From: Fibrobacteria bacterium
Lineage (GTDB): Bacteria > Fibrobacterota > Fibrobacteria > UBA11236
Length of the DNA: 64,000 bases
Assembly: GCA_041746255.1 (NCBI GenBank)
Contig: JBGTHM010000115.1
Location: 64,620 to 128,619 of the forward strand
Direction of reading: 5' to 3'
Program-made: the position numbers and the translations under genes
The notes under the pieces: model-generated
Databases searched by the model: none
Seen by the model: only the letters and a program-made list of their open reading frames with translations
What the model was told of the DNA's origin: nothing
In this document: positions 29,803-39,927 of the stretch, in pieces
Layout: every line of letters starts with the position of its first letter
Position numbering within the stretch: position 1 is the first letter of the stretch

Positions 29803-29925
29803 TTACCTATGGATGAGGATGCCTTTAATCAGCACCCGATCACGGGATGAATCGGGTTGGTTGCGCATGATGTAATCATCTCCGAAGAATCCTTCGCAAA
29901 AGATTTCCTGGTCGGTTTTTTTCAT
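29803..29925 (-). pseudogene. 40-codon N-terminal remnant of the pseudaminic-acid-biosynthesis-associated methylase
   Basis: MKKTDQEIFCEGFFGDDYIMRN resembles the (T/S)EQE-F-W-GEFG--Y--RN start of that family as recalled. It keeps a GGGGGA RBS and sits between spsF and pseG. Confidence 0.65.
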
Positions 29926-29950
29926 GGCATCCCCCCGGGCGCACCCTGGA

Positions 29951-30679
29951 TTAATATTTCTTCTGCTCGATATGGCCGTTGAGCAAAGCCCAGTCCGGAT
30001 TTCTTTCCGCCGCTTCCAGACAGTCTTCCAGAACGAATTCCGGTTTGCGGGGATAAACATCCTCCAGGATTTTCCGGATCAGCAGTAAATCCTCCGGCGT
30101 GTCCACCGTCCAACGATGGTGGCTCAAAACCCGCTCATGCCGGATCGATCCGAGACGAAACCGTGAAGGTTGCGAATGGATAAAGGGAGTGACATGTTCC
30201 CTTTCATAAGGTGATTTCGCCTCGGCGAAGGCCTGGGATAAGGCGTGAAAAGAGAAGGCTTCGCAATCCAATCCCCGGGGATAGGTTCTTTCCAGAATAT
30301 TGGAGACATAATCCAGTTCCGGATTTTCCGAATGGTGACGGAGTACCCGGTCCACCACTTCGGGATCGATCAACGGGCAATCGGATGTGACCCGAACCAC
30401 CCTTTCCGCCCCATGCTCGGCCGCAGCGCCATGAAAGCGGCTCAAGACATCGTATTCCGAGCCTCGGTAGTATGCGATGTTTTTTCGCAGGCAGTATTCC
30501 ACCAGCACATCGTCTTCGGCGTTCACCGTCGTCGCGACCACTACCTGTTGCGCCAAGGTGACCCTTTGCAACCTTTCCAAATGGAATTCCAACAAGGGCT
30601 TTCCCGCCGCCAGCAGCATGACCTTGCCGGGCAAGCGCGTCGAAGTCATCCTCGCCTGGGTGATGATTACGGTCTTCAT
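29951..30679 (-). CDS. spsF: SpsF-like cytidylyltransferase-family protein (probable CMP-Pse synthetase role)
   Basis: QARMTSTRLPGKV, RGSEYDVLSRF, RVTSDCPLIDP, REHVT and WTVDTPED. Confidence 0.85.
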   Translation of the reverse strand: MKTVIITQARMTSTRLPGKVMLLAAGKPLLEFHLERLQRVTLAQQVVVATTVNAEDDVLVEYCLRKNIAYYRGSEYDVLSRFHGAAAEHGAERVVRVTSDCPLIDPEVVDRVLRHHSENPELDYVSNILERTYPRGLDCEAFSFHALSQAFAEAKSPYEREHVTPFIHSQPSRFRLGSIRHERVLSHHRWTVDTPEDLLLIRKILEDVYPRKPEFVLEDCLEAAERNPDWALLNGHIEQKKY

Positions 30680-31833
30680 GCCAGGATTGCCCCCAATGCC
30701 GCAACCACCTTATCCTGGTCCGCTTCGGTCAAATCGAAAAACAAGGGAAGGCTGATGGCGTCCCGGTAATAGGCTTCGGCCACCGGAAAGTCTCCGTCCC
30801 CGAATCCGAGTCCGCGATAATAGGGTTGGGTATGCACAGGAATATAATGGACATTGACGCCGATGTCGGCACGACGCAATTCCTCGAAAACCTGCGCGCG
30901 GTTTTTTCCGCCCTGTCCGGGTAGCAGACGAATAACGTATAGGTGGAAAGCCGAGCGGACATCGGCATGCCTTTGTGGAAGCCGGAGCGGCAAACCGGAC
31001 AACAGCCTGTCGTAACGATCCGCCAGGTAATTCCTCCTTTCCACGAATTGATCCAATCTTTGCATTTGGCTGCATCCCAGCGCCGCCTGAATTTCGGTCA
31101 TGCGGTAATTGAATCCCAGTTCAATCTGCTGATAATACCAGGAACCATGGTTCTCCCCTACCATTTCGGCGGGATTCCGAGTGATGCCGTGCGAACGCAA
31201 CCGCACCAGCCGCGCATGCAACTTTTCATTATTCGTCACGATCATGCCGCCCTCGCCGGACGTCACGATTTTAACCGGATGAAAACTGAATACCGTCATG
31301 TCGGAAAATTGGCATGAGCCGACGGGACGCCCCAAATAGCGTCCCCCCAACGCATGGGAAGCGTCCTCGATGATGACGATGTTTTTTTCCTCGGTCAGTT
31401 TTCGAATTTCATCCATGCGGCAAGAACGCCCGCTCAAATGCACGGGAACCAGGACCTGCGGCAGCGAATCGGTTTCGCCCGCCCGTCGCAATTTTTCTTG
31501 CAAAGTTGCCGGCGCAAGGTTGCCGTCTTCGCTATCGATGTCCACGAATCCGACTTCCGCCCCGCAGTAACGACCGCAATTGGCGGAAGCCACGAAGGTG
31601 ACGGGAGAAGTCCACAGACGACCTCCCGGTCCCAATCCCGCGGCAAGGCAGGCCAGGTGCAAAGCCGCGGTTGCGCTGCTCACAGCGACGGCATACCGGG
31701 CCCCGCAATAATCCGCCACGGCGTTTTCGAAACGCTCCAAGACGGGACCTTGCGTCAGCCAGTCGGATCGAAGCACCTCGACGACCGCGTCGATATCGGC
31801 CTGGGAAATGGATTGCCGTCCGTAAGGGATCAT
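30676..31833 (-). CDS. pseC: UDP-4-keto-6-deoxy-HexNAc aminotransferase (DegT family)
   Basis: MIPYGRQSI, LTQGP, EDASHALG, FSFHPVK, RSHGITR and LGFNYRM. Confidence 0.93.
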   Translation of the reverse strand: MIPYGRQSISQADIDAVVEVLRSDWLTQGPVLERFENAVADYCGARYAVAVSSATAALHLACLAAGLGPGGRLWTSPVTFVASANCGRYCGAEVGFVDIDSEDGNLAPATLQEKLRRAGETDSLPQVLVPVHLSGRSCRMDEIRKLTEEKNIVIIEDASHALGGRYLGRPVGSCQFSDMTVFSFHPVKIVTSGEGGMIVTNNEKLHARLVRLRSHGITRNPAEMVGENHGSWYYQQIELGFNYRMTEIQAALGCSQMQRLDQFVERRNYLADRYDRLLSGLPLRLPQRHADVRSAFHLYVIRLLPGQGGKNRAQVFEELRRADIGVNVHYIPVHTQPYYRGLGFGDGDFPVAEAYYRDAISLPLFFDLTEADQDKVVAALGAILA

Positions 31834-32049
31834 GGAGAGCCCGCCCAGGCTCGACCGCCCATTTTTCCGCCACGGTCTTTTTTGGGGTATTTAAACATGC
31901 ATTCGACCGTTTAATCGCAAAAACCGCGAACTTCTCCAAGCGAGGGTTGCAGTCAATTCTATTACGACATTCACCGCCAAGTCAACCCGACGGTTGCGGC
32001 AGTCGTGCCGGTAATACTAGAATGAACGGGTGGCAGCATGAGGATGGAT

Positions 32050-33135
32050 ATGCTCAATAACAAATCGATACTGATTACCGGCGGCACGGGATCGTTCGGC
32101 CAGAAATTTCTGCGCATGACCCTGGATAAATTCACCCCGGCGAGAGTGGTGATCTATTCGCGCGACGAAATGAAGCAATGGGACATGTCCAACGCATTCA
32201 AAGACCATCCCAAAAAAAACCTCATTCGGTTTTTCATCGGAGACGTGCGCGACAAATCGCGCCTGGTGCGTGCGCTGAAGGGCATCGATTACATTGTGCA
32301 TGCCGCCGCTTTGAAAATCGTGCCCGCGGCGGAATATAATCCCTTCGAATACATCAAGACCAATGTGCAGGGAGCCATGAACGTCATCGACTGCGCGATC
32401 GATCAGAAAGTGCGGCGCGTGGTGGCGTTGAGCACCGACAAAGCTTGCAATCCCGTGAACCTTTATGGGGCCACCAAATTATGCTCCGACAAATTGTTCA
32501 TCTCCGGCAATTCCTATACAGGCGGAGCCGAAACCCGGTTCGCTATCGTTAGATACGGGAACGTGATGGGAAGCCGGGGCTCCATAATCCCGCTGTTCAA
32601 GTCGCTGGCGGCGACGGGGGAGATCCCCATCACCGACGAACGGATGACTCGATTCATGATTTCTCTGGAACAAGGCGTCGAATTGGTTTGGAATGCGCTG
32701 TCCGACACGATCGGAGGCGAAATTTACGTTTGCAAAATCCCCTCGATGAAGGTCACTGATATCGCGAAGGCGGTCGCACCCGACGCGAAATTGAAGACCA
32801 TCGGCATCCGCCCCGGCGAAAAGCTGCACGAGCAGATGATCAGCACCGAAGATTCACCCTATACTTACGAATACGATACCTATTACAAAATCCTTCCCTC
32901 CATCCACGACTGGCACCGGGATCCCAAGCGCATAGCCGGTGGTAGGCCTTGTTCCGAGGGCTTCTCCTATACCAGCGACAACAATACCCAATGGATGGAT
33001 GCCGCGGAATTACGGCGGTGGATGCAAAACGAATTCGGCGAAAATCCGGCGGCGGGAGAAAACGCCGCGCCAAGCGACAGGAATGATTGGCGTCCGGTGG
33101 TTCCCGAAGTTGCCCCGGCCAAGAAAAACGGCTGA
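32050..33135 (+). CDS. pseB: UDP-GlcNAc 4,6-dehydratase (inverting)
   Basis: TGGTGSFG, SRDEMKQ, HAAALKIVP, LSTDKA, YGATK, RYGNVMGSRGS and GIRPGEKLHE. Start may be 32038, 32044 or 32050. Confidence 0.95.
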   Translation: MLNNKSILITGGTGSFGQKFLRMTLDKFTPARVVIYSRDEMKQWDMSNAFKDHPKKNLIRFFIGDVRDKSRLVRALKGIDYIVHAAALKIVPAAEYNPFEYIKTNVQGAMNVIDCAIDQKVRRVVALSTDKACNPVNLYGATKLCSDKLFISGNSYTGGAETRFAIVRYGNVMGSRGSIIPLFKSLAATGEIPITDERMTRFMISLEQGVELVWNALSDTIGGEIYVCKIPSMKVTDIAKAVAPDAKLKTIGIRPGEKLHEQMISTEDSPYTYEYDTYYKILPSIHDWHRDPKRIAGGRPCSEGFSYTSDNNTQWMDAAELRRWMQNEFGENPAAGENAAPSDRNDWRPVVPEVAPAKKNG

Positions 33136-33169
33136 TCCCGCATATCCTCACTATTGGAGATAGAGAGAA

Positions 33170-34081
33170 ATGGAAATTTCCTTGCCCACGGTAAGAGAAG
33201 CCTATGCGCGCGGCGCCAACATCATGGAACTGCTCAGGCAGGCGGGTGACACCGAGGTCAACTCGCGCGAGGCCATCGAGATGGCATACGACCTCCAAGC
33301 CGGCACATACCTCGAATCACTGCGCGATCCCGCCGCCAAAGCGCGTAACGATGCCTATACGCGGTCCATCGCGGAAATATTCGAACGTCTGCAATTCCGC
33401 TCGGTGCTGGTGGGCGGAGTAGGAGAAGCCATCACTTTGGTCGGGGTATGCACCCAGATGAGCAGACCCCTTTCAGGAATGATGGGCTTCGATATTTCCT
33501 GGTCGCGTCTGGCCTATGCCCGCCGCCATTTAGGCGCCCATGGCCTGTCCGCCGACCTGGCCGTAGGCGATTTAACCCGGATTCCCTTCCTGACCGGAAG
33601 CGTTGATACCGTCTTTACCTCGCATTCCATCGAACCGAATCGAGGATCCGAAACCGCCATTCTCAAGGAAATGTTCCGGGTCGCACGGCGTTACGTCGTC
33701 ACCCTGGAGCCCTCCAACGAACTCGGTAACCTTGAAACCCAGGCGCATATCGAAAAGCACCGCTATTGCCGTGATTTACACCGTACCGCGCAAGACTTGG
33801 GATACCATGTCATTGAGCACCGCCTTTTCGAAACGACGAAAAGCTCGGCCAATCAATCCGCGTTGATGATTATCGAAAAACCCGCAGCCCAGGAAGCCGA
33901 ATCCGGTTTACCGGGTGCGCCCTACGCCTGTCCCCTTTGCGACGGCAGACTCTCCGAGGTAAAAGGCCAGCTGTTCTGCCCCCACGACGGAGTGGTCTAT
34001 CCCGTACTAGACGGCATCCCCTGCCTCCGCAAAAGCCACGCCATCCTCGCGAGCAAGTTCGACGATGGCGTCACTCCCTGA
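33170..34081 (+). CDS. Class I SAM methyltransferase with C-terminal Trm112-like domain
   Basis: YDLQAGTY, GVGEA, GFDISWSR and FTSHSIEPN; C-terminal CPLC...YPVLDGIP. Confidence 0.8.
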   Translation: MEISLPTVREAYARGANIMELLRQAGDTEVNSREAIEMAYDLQAGTYLESLRDPAAKARNDAYTRSIAEIFERLQFRSVLVGGVGEAITLVGVCTQMSRPLSGMMGFDISWSRLAYARRHLGAHGLSADLAVGDLTRIPFLTGSVDTVFTSHSIEPNRGSETAILKEMFRVARRYVVTLEPSNELGNLETQAHIEKHRYCRDLHRTAQDLGYHVIEHRLFETTKSSANQSALMIIEKPAAQEAESGLPGAPYACPLCDGRLSEVKGQLFCPHDGVVYPVLDGIPCLRKSHAILASKFDDGVTP

Positions 34082-34098
34082 GGGCCTGTAGCCTTACC

Positions 34099-35307
34099 TC
34101 AAACTACCGCGATGGCGTGGATTTCCGAGAGCTTTCCCGGCAATTGCAAGCTGCGGGAAACCTTGGTCTGTTCGTCGAAAATGATAATGGACGTATCGAT
34201 GGAAATATTCAGGGACAAGCCGAGGAACTTACTGTAATTGCGGTTCCGGCTTTGGCCGACGTAATAATAGCTTCCGTCATAGGCCAGGCCCCGCGAAAAG
34301 CCGGGAAAGCGCCCGACCGCCTGCGCGTTATTACGCCTCAATTCGCCCCGTAGCGAATCCAGCACCACCAGCGACCCTTCGATAAAGGAGATATTATGCG
34401 GCATCCATAAGTCCTGAATAACGGGGCCGATCACCTCTCCCGTGCGGACGTCCATTTCCAATACCACCCCGTCAAATATATCCTTTTTCCAATTCCCGGT
34501 ATGCGAGAACATGGAAACGTAAAGACTCTCTCCCACCACGCAAATATCGTTGCAATGGTGCGAAGGCAGCCCCACCTTGTCGAACTTGCCGGAAACGGGA
34601 TAGTTTCCCGCCGGTTTGAAATCGCGGTCGAATACCAGCACCCTATCCGAATAGGTGGAGACCACGTAAAAGCAACCAGTAAGCTCTGAATGCGCTATAC
34701 CATGGCCGCGGGTCCGCGACGGCAATTCCGCCTGCCGCTTTACCCGGTAATTTTTATCGAGTTCGATAAGTCCCACGTCGTCGTCCACGGCTACGAACCC
34801 GTCGGCAAAGGGTAAAATACCGTGGCAATTTCCGCTATAAACCTTGCGGTACTGATAATCCCCGTCCACCGTCAATTCGTAAAGGCCCCCTCCATATCCG
34901 GGAGCCTCTTGGGGCGGCGACCCGCTGGAAAACACCAGTTTGGCCTTGCAGCTTTCCATTTCGCCGATGATGCGTAAATCGTTGAGTATGGGGCTGACCA
35001 TATAGTCTTCCGTCGGGCGAAAGCCCATCCCCTGCAATTGGGTGGACACTTCCATGAAGGAAGTCGTGCAAATGACGATGAAATACCCTTTGGGGCCTTT
35101 CGCTTTGAGAGTTTCCGGTTCGCGAATGAGGATGTCGCCTTCCTTCGAATTCCACAGGTTGGAATTGTTGTCCACCAGGAAGGCATGCGCGCCGTCAAGC
35201 TTGCGGGCGGTTTTAGCGGAAATGTCCCCAGCGCCGAACAGGACCAATTCCCGACCTTGCCGCCTTTGCGCCAAATCCTTGAAACTGCTGAATGAAAGCT
35301 CTCGCAT
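34099..35307 (-). CDS. DUF4915-like beta-propeller protein with N-terminal Rossmann-like domain
   Basis: LVLFGAG N-terminus, then HHCNDI, MPHNI and PGFSRGLA. Confidence 0.65.
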   Translation of the reverse strand: MRELSFSSFKDLAQRRQGRELVLFGAGDISAKTARKLDGAHAFLVDNNSNLWNSKEGDILIREPETLKAKGPKGYFIVICTTSFMEVSTQLQGMGFRPTEDYMVSPILNDLRIIGEMESCKAKLVFSSGSPPQEAPGYGGGLYELTVDGDYQYRKVYSGNCHGILPFADGFVAVDDDVGLIELDKNYRVKRQAELPSRTRGHGIAHSELTGCFYVVSTYSDRVLVFDRDFKPAGNYPVSGKFDKVGLPSHHCNDICVVGESLYVSMFSHTGNWKKDIFDGVVLEMDVRTGEVIGPVIQDLWMPHNISFIEGSLVVLDSLRGELRRNNAQAVGRFPGFSRGLAYDGSYYYVGQSRNRNYSKFLGLSLNISIDTSIIIFDEQTKVSRSLQLPGKLSEIHAIAVV

Positions 35308-35330
35308 ACCCGCTCCTTAGCCTATCGTCC

Positions 35331-36476
35331 TTACCGGTTTTCCCGCGCCTCGAAATCCCAGATATTATCCTTGATCCAATTCCCGCGGTCATCCTTCGAC
35401 CAGACCCGCTTGTCCCGGAAGGTATCGGCTATCCGGTCGAATTCCGCTTCGGTCATATCCACGTATTCGAGCCAACCGGCCAAATCGCCCGGCTTGACGT
35501 GGTCGTATTTACGTACCATCTCGATTCCGGTTTCGCGGCTCATGTATCCGGTGCGGATATCCTTGGAGGCGTGATCCGAGGCGCGGCCGTAGCCGAATTT
35601 GATGTACTTCATATAGTCGTGGAGTCCGTTTTCGTGTAAATCGTCCAGGTTCGACATGGTGCGATAAGTCCGGTCAAAGGGTTGGCGCGCTTTTTCGAAA
35701 CCGAACTTATCCACCATCAATTCCGTTTGCTTATTGGGATCCCATTTGAAAAAGTTGCCGACGTAAATACCCCGGACGCCGGTTTCGGCGAATTCCTCGT
35801 CGGTGGGCATGCGCAGCCAGAGCAAATCCTTCTCCGTCAGCCCCTCTTCACCGCCGATCATGTCCTCCCAAGTGAACCCACGCAAATCATGCTCCAGGAC
35901 CATGCGCTTGTTGTACTCCACGTAATCATCGGGAGAGTGCATACCCGATATGTCCCACACCGTTTCGCCCCACACCACGATGGGGATGCGGAATTTCACC
36001 GCCAGCGCCATGGGCATTATCTTGATACCGGCGTGGTTATGCCAATTCATGTCGCCCATTTTCTTGAAGCACATCCGGTTCAATTTGATCAAGGTCTCCA
36101 CGCTGGGACCGAATTGCAGATGATCGACGTTGAAGACCTTCCGCATGCGATCCAGGTTGGCCTGGCCTTCGGGATAATAACGGTTGCCGTGGTAGGTGAC
36201 GAGCAACGGGTTCAATCCGCAGATGTTCTTGACGACATGCGTCTGCCACCAACTGTCCTTGCCTCCGCCCACGGGAATGATACAGTCATAGCGGCTTTGT
36301 CCCGCATCTGCGGCCTCTTCGACGATGGACAAGAATTTTTTCTCCCTTTGCTTCCATTGGTCGGGAGTGATCGTCTCCATTTCATCGGCGACGCGGCAGG
36401 CGCTGCAAATTCCCTCGTCGTCGACGAGCAAATTCACGGCGATTTCAGGGTATACGCAGCGTTTGCAGTAGTTCAT
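35331..36476 (-). CDS. N-acetyl sugar amidotransferase (PseA/WbuX/PtmG family)
   Basis: N-terminal CKRC...CSAC, PP-loop GGGKDS, KFGYGRA and SKDIRTG. Start moved to ATG 36476 (ATGA overlap, GGGAGGG RBS). Confidence 0.9.
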   Translation of the reverse strand: MNYCKRCVYPEIAVNLLVDDEGICSACRVADEMETITPDQWKQREKKFLSIVEEAADAGQSRYDCIIPVGGGKDSWWQTHVVKNICGLNPLLVTYHGNRYYPEGQANLDRMRKVFNVDHLQFGPSVETLIKLNRMCFKKMGDMNWHNHAGIKIMPMALAVKFRIPIVVWGETVWDISGMHSPDDYVEYNKRMVLEHDLRGFTWEDMIGGEEGLTEKDLLWLRMPTDEEFAETGVRGIYVGNFFKWDPNKQTELMVDKFGFEKARQPFDRTYRTMSNLDDLHENGLHDYMKYIKFGYGRASDHASKDIRTGYMSRETGIEMVRKYDHVKPGDLAGWLEYVDMTEAEFDRIADTFRDKRVWSKDDRGNWIKDNIWDFEARENR

Positions 36477-37306
36477 CGTGTTCCCTCCCGGCCGGTCACG
36501 GTCTTGATCAACGGGGACCGCACGTCTATTCCCTGCTTGTGCAGGAAAGTCTTCGCAAGGTGCACGCTGTTTTCGGTGTATTGGAAAATATTCGCGGCCG
36601 CGACGGCTCGGGCGCCGCCCGATTCGATGGCCTCCTGAAAGTGCGTCCACTCCCCCACCCCGCCCAATGCGATGACGGGGATGCGTACCGCATCGGTTAC
36701 CGCGCGTATCAATTCGATATCGTATCCCCGGCGCATTCCGTCGCGATCGATGGAATTCAACAAAATCTCACCGGCTCCGGCGCTCTCGACTTCCCGGGCC
36801 CATTCCACCGCCGTTTTTTTCGTCGCCGTTTTTCCGCCGTCGATAAAAACCTCCCACCCGCCGCTGCCCTCGACGCCGCGCACGTCGATGGAAACCACCA
36901 CGCATTGGGAGCCGAATTCCCGGGCTGCCGCGGATATGAAGCCGGGATCCCGGAACGCCTGTGAATTCACGCTTACCTTGTCGGCACCCGCCTTCAATCG
37001 TTGCCTCACCTGGTCCAAGGTGCGTATACCGCCGCCGACGGTCAGGGGCATAAAACAATTCTTTGCGATATCCACCATGATTTCTTCGAATTCCGCGCGG
37101 TTGGGATAATTCAAATCTTCGCGGCGCAGGTCATATTTGGCTTCCCTGCTGATATCCAGATAGATCAACTCGTCGGCGCTCCAATTGCTGAGCCGTCCCA
37201 CAATCGTCGAGGCGTTTCCCAATGCCTGGTACCGCGAAAAACCTTTGCTTTGCACGACCATGCCGTTACGCATCAAAACCACGGGAATCAGTCTGATTTT
37301 CAGCAT
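36473..37306 (-). CDS. hisF: HisF-like cyclase paralog of a glycan-amidation module (WbuZ-type)
   Basis: RLIPV, DELIYLDI, PLTVGGGI, FGSQCVV and GEILLNSIDRDG; clustered with the amidotransferase rather than with his genes. Confidence 0.85.
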   Translation of the reverse strand: MLKIRLIPVVLMRNGMVVQSKGFSRYQALGNASTIVGRLSNWSADELIYLDISREAKYDLRREDLNYPNRAEFEEIMVDIAKNCFMPLTVGGGIRTLDQVRQRLKAGADKVSVNSQAFRDPGFISAAAREFGSQCVVVSIDVRGVEGSGGWEVFIDGGKTATKKTAVEWAREVESAGAGEILLNSIDRDGMRRGYDIELIRAVTDAVRIPVIALGGVGEWTHFQEAIESGGARAVAAANIFQYTENSVHLAKTFLHKQGIDVRSPLIKTVTGREGTR

Positions 37307-37941
37307 ATGTTGGCGAAATTCCGGAGGAGTTGCAATCCGGCCTCCTGGCTTTTTTCCGGGTGGAATTGCACGCCGAAAACGCGGTTGCGGCCTACGCAGG
37401 CCGTAACAGGTCCGCCGTAGTCGCAGATTCCCAATCGGTCCTCGGGGTTGTCGGGTAAAAAATGAAAACTATGGACGAAATAGAAGGTGGGTTCCAAGTC
37501 CATTCCCGTAAAAAGCGCGCAGTCCCCCTGGACGGAAACCTGATTCCACCCCATATGGGGGATGGAAAGCTTCCCATCGTCGGGCTCGATGGGCGTAACC
37601 TTGCCGGGAATGATGCCAAGCCCCGGATGCGAACCGAATTCCATTCCGGTTGTCGCCAATACTTGCATGCCTACGCAAATCCCCAGGAAAAATTTTTCCC
37701 GGTGCAGGACTTCGCGCCGAATCGCTTCGGTGAAGCCACTCTTGCTGAGCTTATCCATGACGTTACCGAAAGCTCCGACGCCCGGCAGGACGATATGCGA
37801 TTCCGCTTCCAATTGCTCAGGTCTTTCCACATCGGCAACGGTAACGCCCAAATGCCGGAAGGCATTTCGCACGGATGCGTAATTACCCGAACCATAATCC
37901 ACTAAGGCCACACGATGCATCGAATCATTCCCGGTGCTCAC
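37300..37941 (-). CDS. hisH: HisH-like glutaminase paralog (WbuY-type)
   Basis: DYGSGN, LPGVGAF, GICVGMQ, PHMGWN, YFVHS and QFHPEKS. Confidence 0.9.
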   Translation of the reverse strand: MSTGNDSMHRVALVDYGSGNYASVRNAFRHLGVTVADVERPEQLEAESHIVLPGVGAFGNVMDKLSKSGFTEAIRREVLHREKFFLGICVGMQVLATTGMEFGSHPGLGIIPGKVTPIEPDDGKLSIPHMGWNQVSVQGDCALFTGMDLEPTFYFVHSFHFLPDNPEDRLGICDYGGPVTACVGRNRVFGVQFHPEKSQEAGLQLLRNFANIC

Positions 37942-38076
37942 CGGGTGTAAATCCCCGGTAATTGCTGTTGATTCTAGCCTATTTTACTCAGTAAAAGCCA
38001 CCTATCCTCCTGGGCCACGCGTTACCTCGACGCCTGTCCTGGTTATGGGCTCCCGTAATTATTAAGTTTCGCGGCT

Positions 38077-39258
38077 ATGGCCGGTTACCCTGAACTGCAA
38101 ATCCTCCCCGCACGCGAAAAATCCCTAGTAGGAGGACACCCCTGGGTTTTCTCCGGCGCCTTGACGCATAAACCCAAAATCCCTGACGGCCAGCTCGTCC
38201 ACCTGTGCATCGGTCAACGCATCCTGGCCACCGGGTATTACAATTCGCATACGGACATCGCCGTGCGCATTCTGCACAAAGGTCCGGCCCAAATCGACGC
38301 CGCCTTTTTCCGCAAACGCTTCTCGGATTTGCTGGCGGATAAAAAACCCCTCTTGCCGCCCGATACCGATGCCTTTCGGTTGGTATTCGGCGAAAGCGAC
38401 GCTTGCCCTGGCCTTGTCGTCGATTGTTACGGGAAAGTGCTGGTGGCGCAATTCCATACCCTGGGCATGGACAAGCTCAAACCCCTGGTCGTTTCCGCGC
38501 TGGTAGACGCCATTGCCCCCCGAGCCATCGTCGAGCGCAGCGATATCAGCATCCGGCGCACAGAAGGGCTTAGCGATATGCCGGTGGGCATGTTGTACGG
38601 CGACCCGGTCTCTGAAATCGAAATAAGGGAAAGCGGGCTGCGTTTCGGAGTCAATGTAATGGAGGGACAGAAGACGGGCTTTTTCCTGGATCAGAGAGAG
38701 AACCGCCGCGCCATTCGCAATTATTGCGCGGGTCGTCGCGTACTCAATTGCTTCAGCTATACCGGCGGCTTTTCGGTTTACGCGGCTTCAGCGGGCGCCA
38801 AATCGGTTACCAGCGTCGACATTTCCAAGCCGGCCATGGAGCAATGCCGTAAAAACTTCGCCCTCAACGGCTTGGATGCGCCTCAACATGAATTCATCGC
38901 CCAAGACGTCTTCGATTACCTCAAGGCGTTGGAGCCGGGCGCCTTCGATTTCATTATACTGGATCCGCCCTCGTTCGCGAAGAACAAAAGACAACTCACC
39001 AACGCCATCAAGGCCTATACCACCATCAACTCCAAGGCTTTGGAAAAACTCCCGGCGGGCGGCATTCTCGTAAGCGCCTCCTGCACCTCTCATGTCGATC
39101 CGCTCACGTTTTTGAAAATTCTCCACCAGAGCGCGGTTAACGCACGCTGCACGGTTAAAGTCGTGGAAAACCGGGAACAACCCTTTGACCATGCCTACAA
39201 CCTCGCCTTCCCCGAAGGCCGCTACCTTAAATTCGTCATCCTGAAAAAATCCCTCTAA
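38077..39258 (+). CDS. rlmI: 23S rRNA m5C1962 methyltransferase, RlmI family
   Basis: GHPWVFS, GESDxxPGLVVD, GQKTGFFLDQRENR, VLNCFSYTGGF, LDPPSF and PEGRYLK. Confidence 0.9.
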   Translation: MAGYPELQILPAREKSLVGGHPWVFSGALTHKPKIPDGQLVHLCIGQRILATGYYNSHTDIAVRILHKGPAQIDAAFFRKRFSDLLADKKPLLPPDTDAFRLVFGESDACPGLVVDCYGKVLVAQFHTLGMDKLKPLVVSALVDAIAPRAIVERSDISIRRTEGLSDMPVGMLYGDPVSEIEIRESGLRFGVNVMEGQKTGFFLDQRENRRAIRNYCAGRRVLNCFSYTGGFSVYAASAGAKSVTSVDISKPAMEQCRKNFALNGLDAPQHEFIAQDVFDYLKALEPGAFDFIILDPPSFAKNKRQLTNAIKAYTTINSKALEKLPAGGILVSASCTSHVDPLTFLKILHQSAVNARCTVKVVENREQPFDHAYNLAFPEGRYLKFVILKKSL

Positions 39259-39381
39259 GGACCGGCCATGGACGCTTTATTCCGGGCGAAAGTCCTTAAT
39301 TTTCTGCATGAACGATTTATTGAGTTGCGCAAGCGCCTCGGGTTTTTATATATCCAAGCTAAACCAAAAGGAGTCCAGCCC

Positions 39382-39810
39382 ATGCTCAAAATCGGAGATA
39401 CTTTTCCTGCCGCAAGAATCACCACCGAAGCCGGTCCCGTCGATATCAAAGGCCACCCCTATACCGCATTCTATTTCTATCCCAAGGACGACACTCCGGG
39501 ATGTACCATCGAAGCCAATGAATTCCAACAGCTCAAAGGCGAATACGATTCCCGCAATATCCGCATCCTGGGGGTAAGCGTGGACGATGCCGCCTCCCAC
39601 CGCGCCTTCTGCGAAAAATTCGCATTGACTTTCGAATTGGCCACGGACGCCGGGGGTAAGGCGGGAAGCGAAATGGGTATCATGTCAGGCGCCGTTCACA
39701 AACGGGTTACCTTCGTGGTGAACGAGTCCGGAAAGGTCGTACTGGAATACCCGGAAGTGAAACCCGCAGGCCATGCCCAAAAGATCCTGGACGACCTAGC
39801 TGCAATCTAA
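39382..39810 (+). CDS. bcp: Peroxiredoxin, BCP/PrxQ family
   Basis: YFYPKDDTPGCTIEA; AAGGAG RBS before ATG 39382. Confidence 0.9.
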   Translation: MLKIGDTFPAARITTEAGPVDIKGHPYTAFYFYPKDDTPGCTIEANEFQQLKGEYDSRNIRILGVSVDDAASHRAFCEKFALTFELATDAGGKAGSEMGIMSGAVHKRVTFVVNESGKVVLEYPEVKPAGHAQKILDDLAAI

Positions 39811-39927
39811 GGTCATTGTTGCGCTCAAGTTCATAGTTGCGCTCGACTTTCCCCTGGACCCAAAATTCAGCCCGTGCCCTATGGCTACCGTGTTTTGAGC
39901 TGTAGCCTTAGCCACCCGCATGCTGCA

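Noticed and set aside
36473..37941. Histidine biosynthesis operon
   Set aside because: These HisF/HisH copies are coupled to an N-acetyl sugar amidotransferase in a glycan island, the pattern of the ammonia-supplying paralogs.
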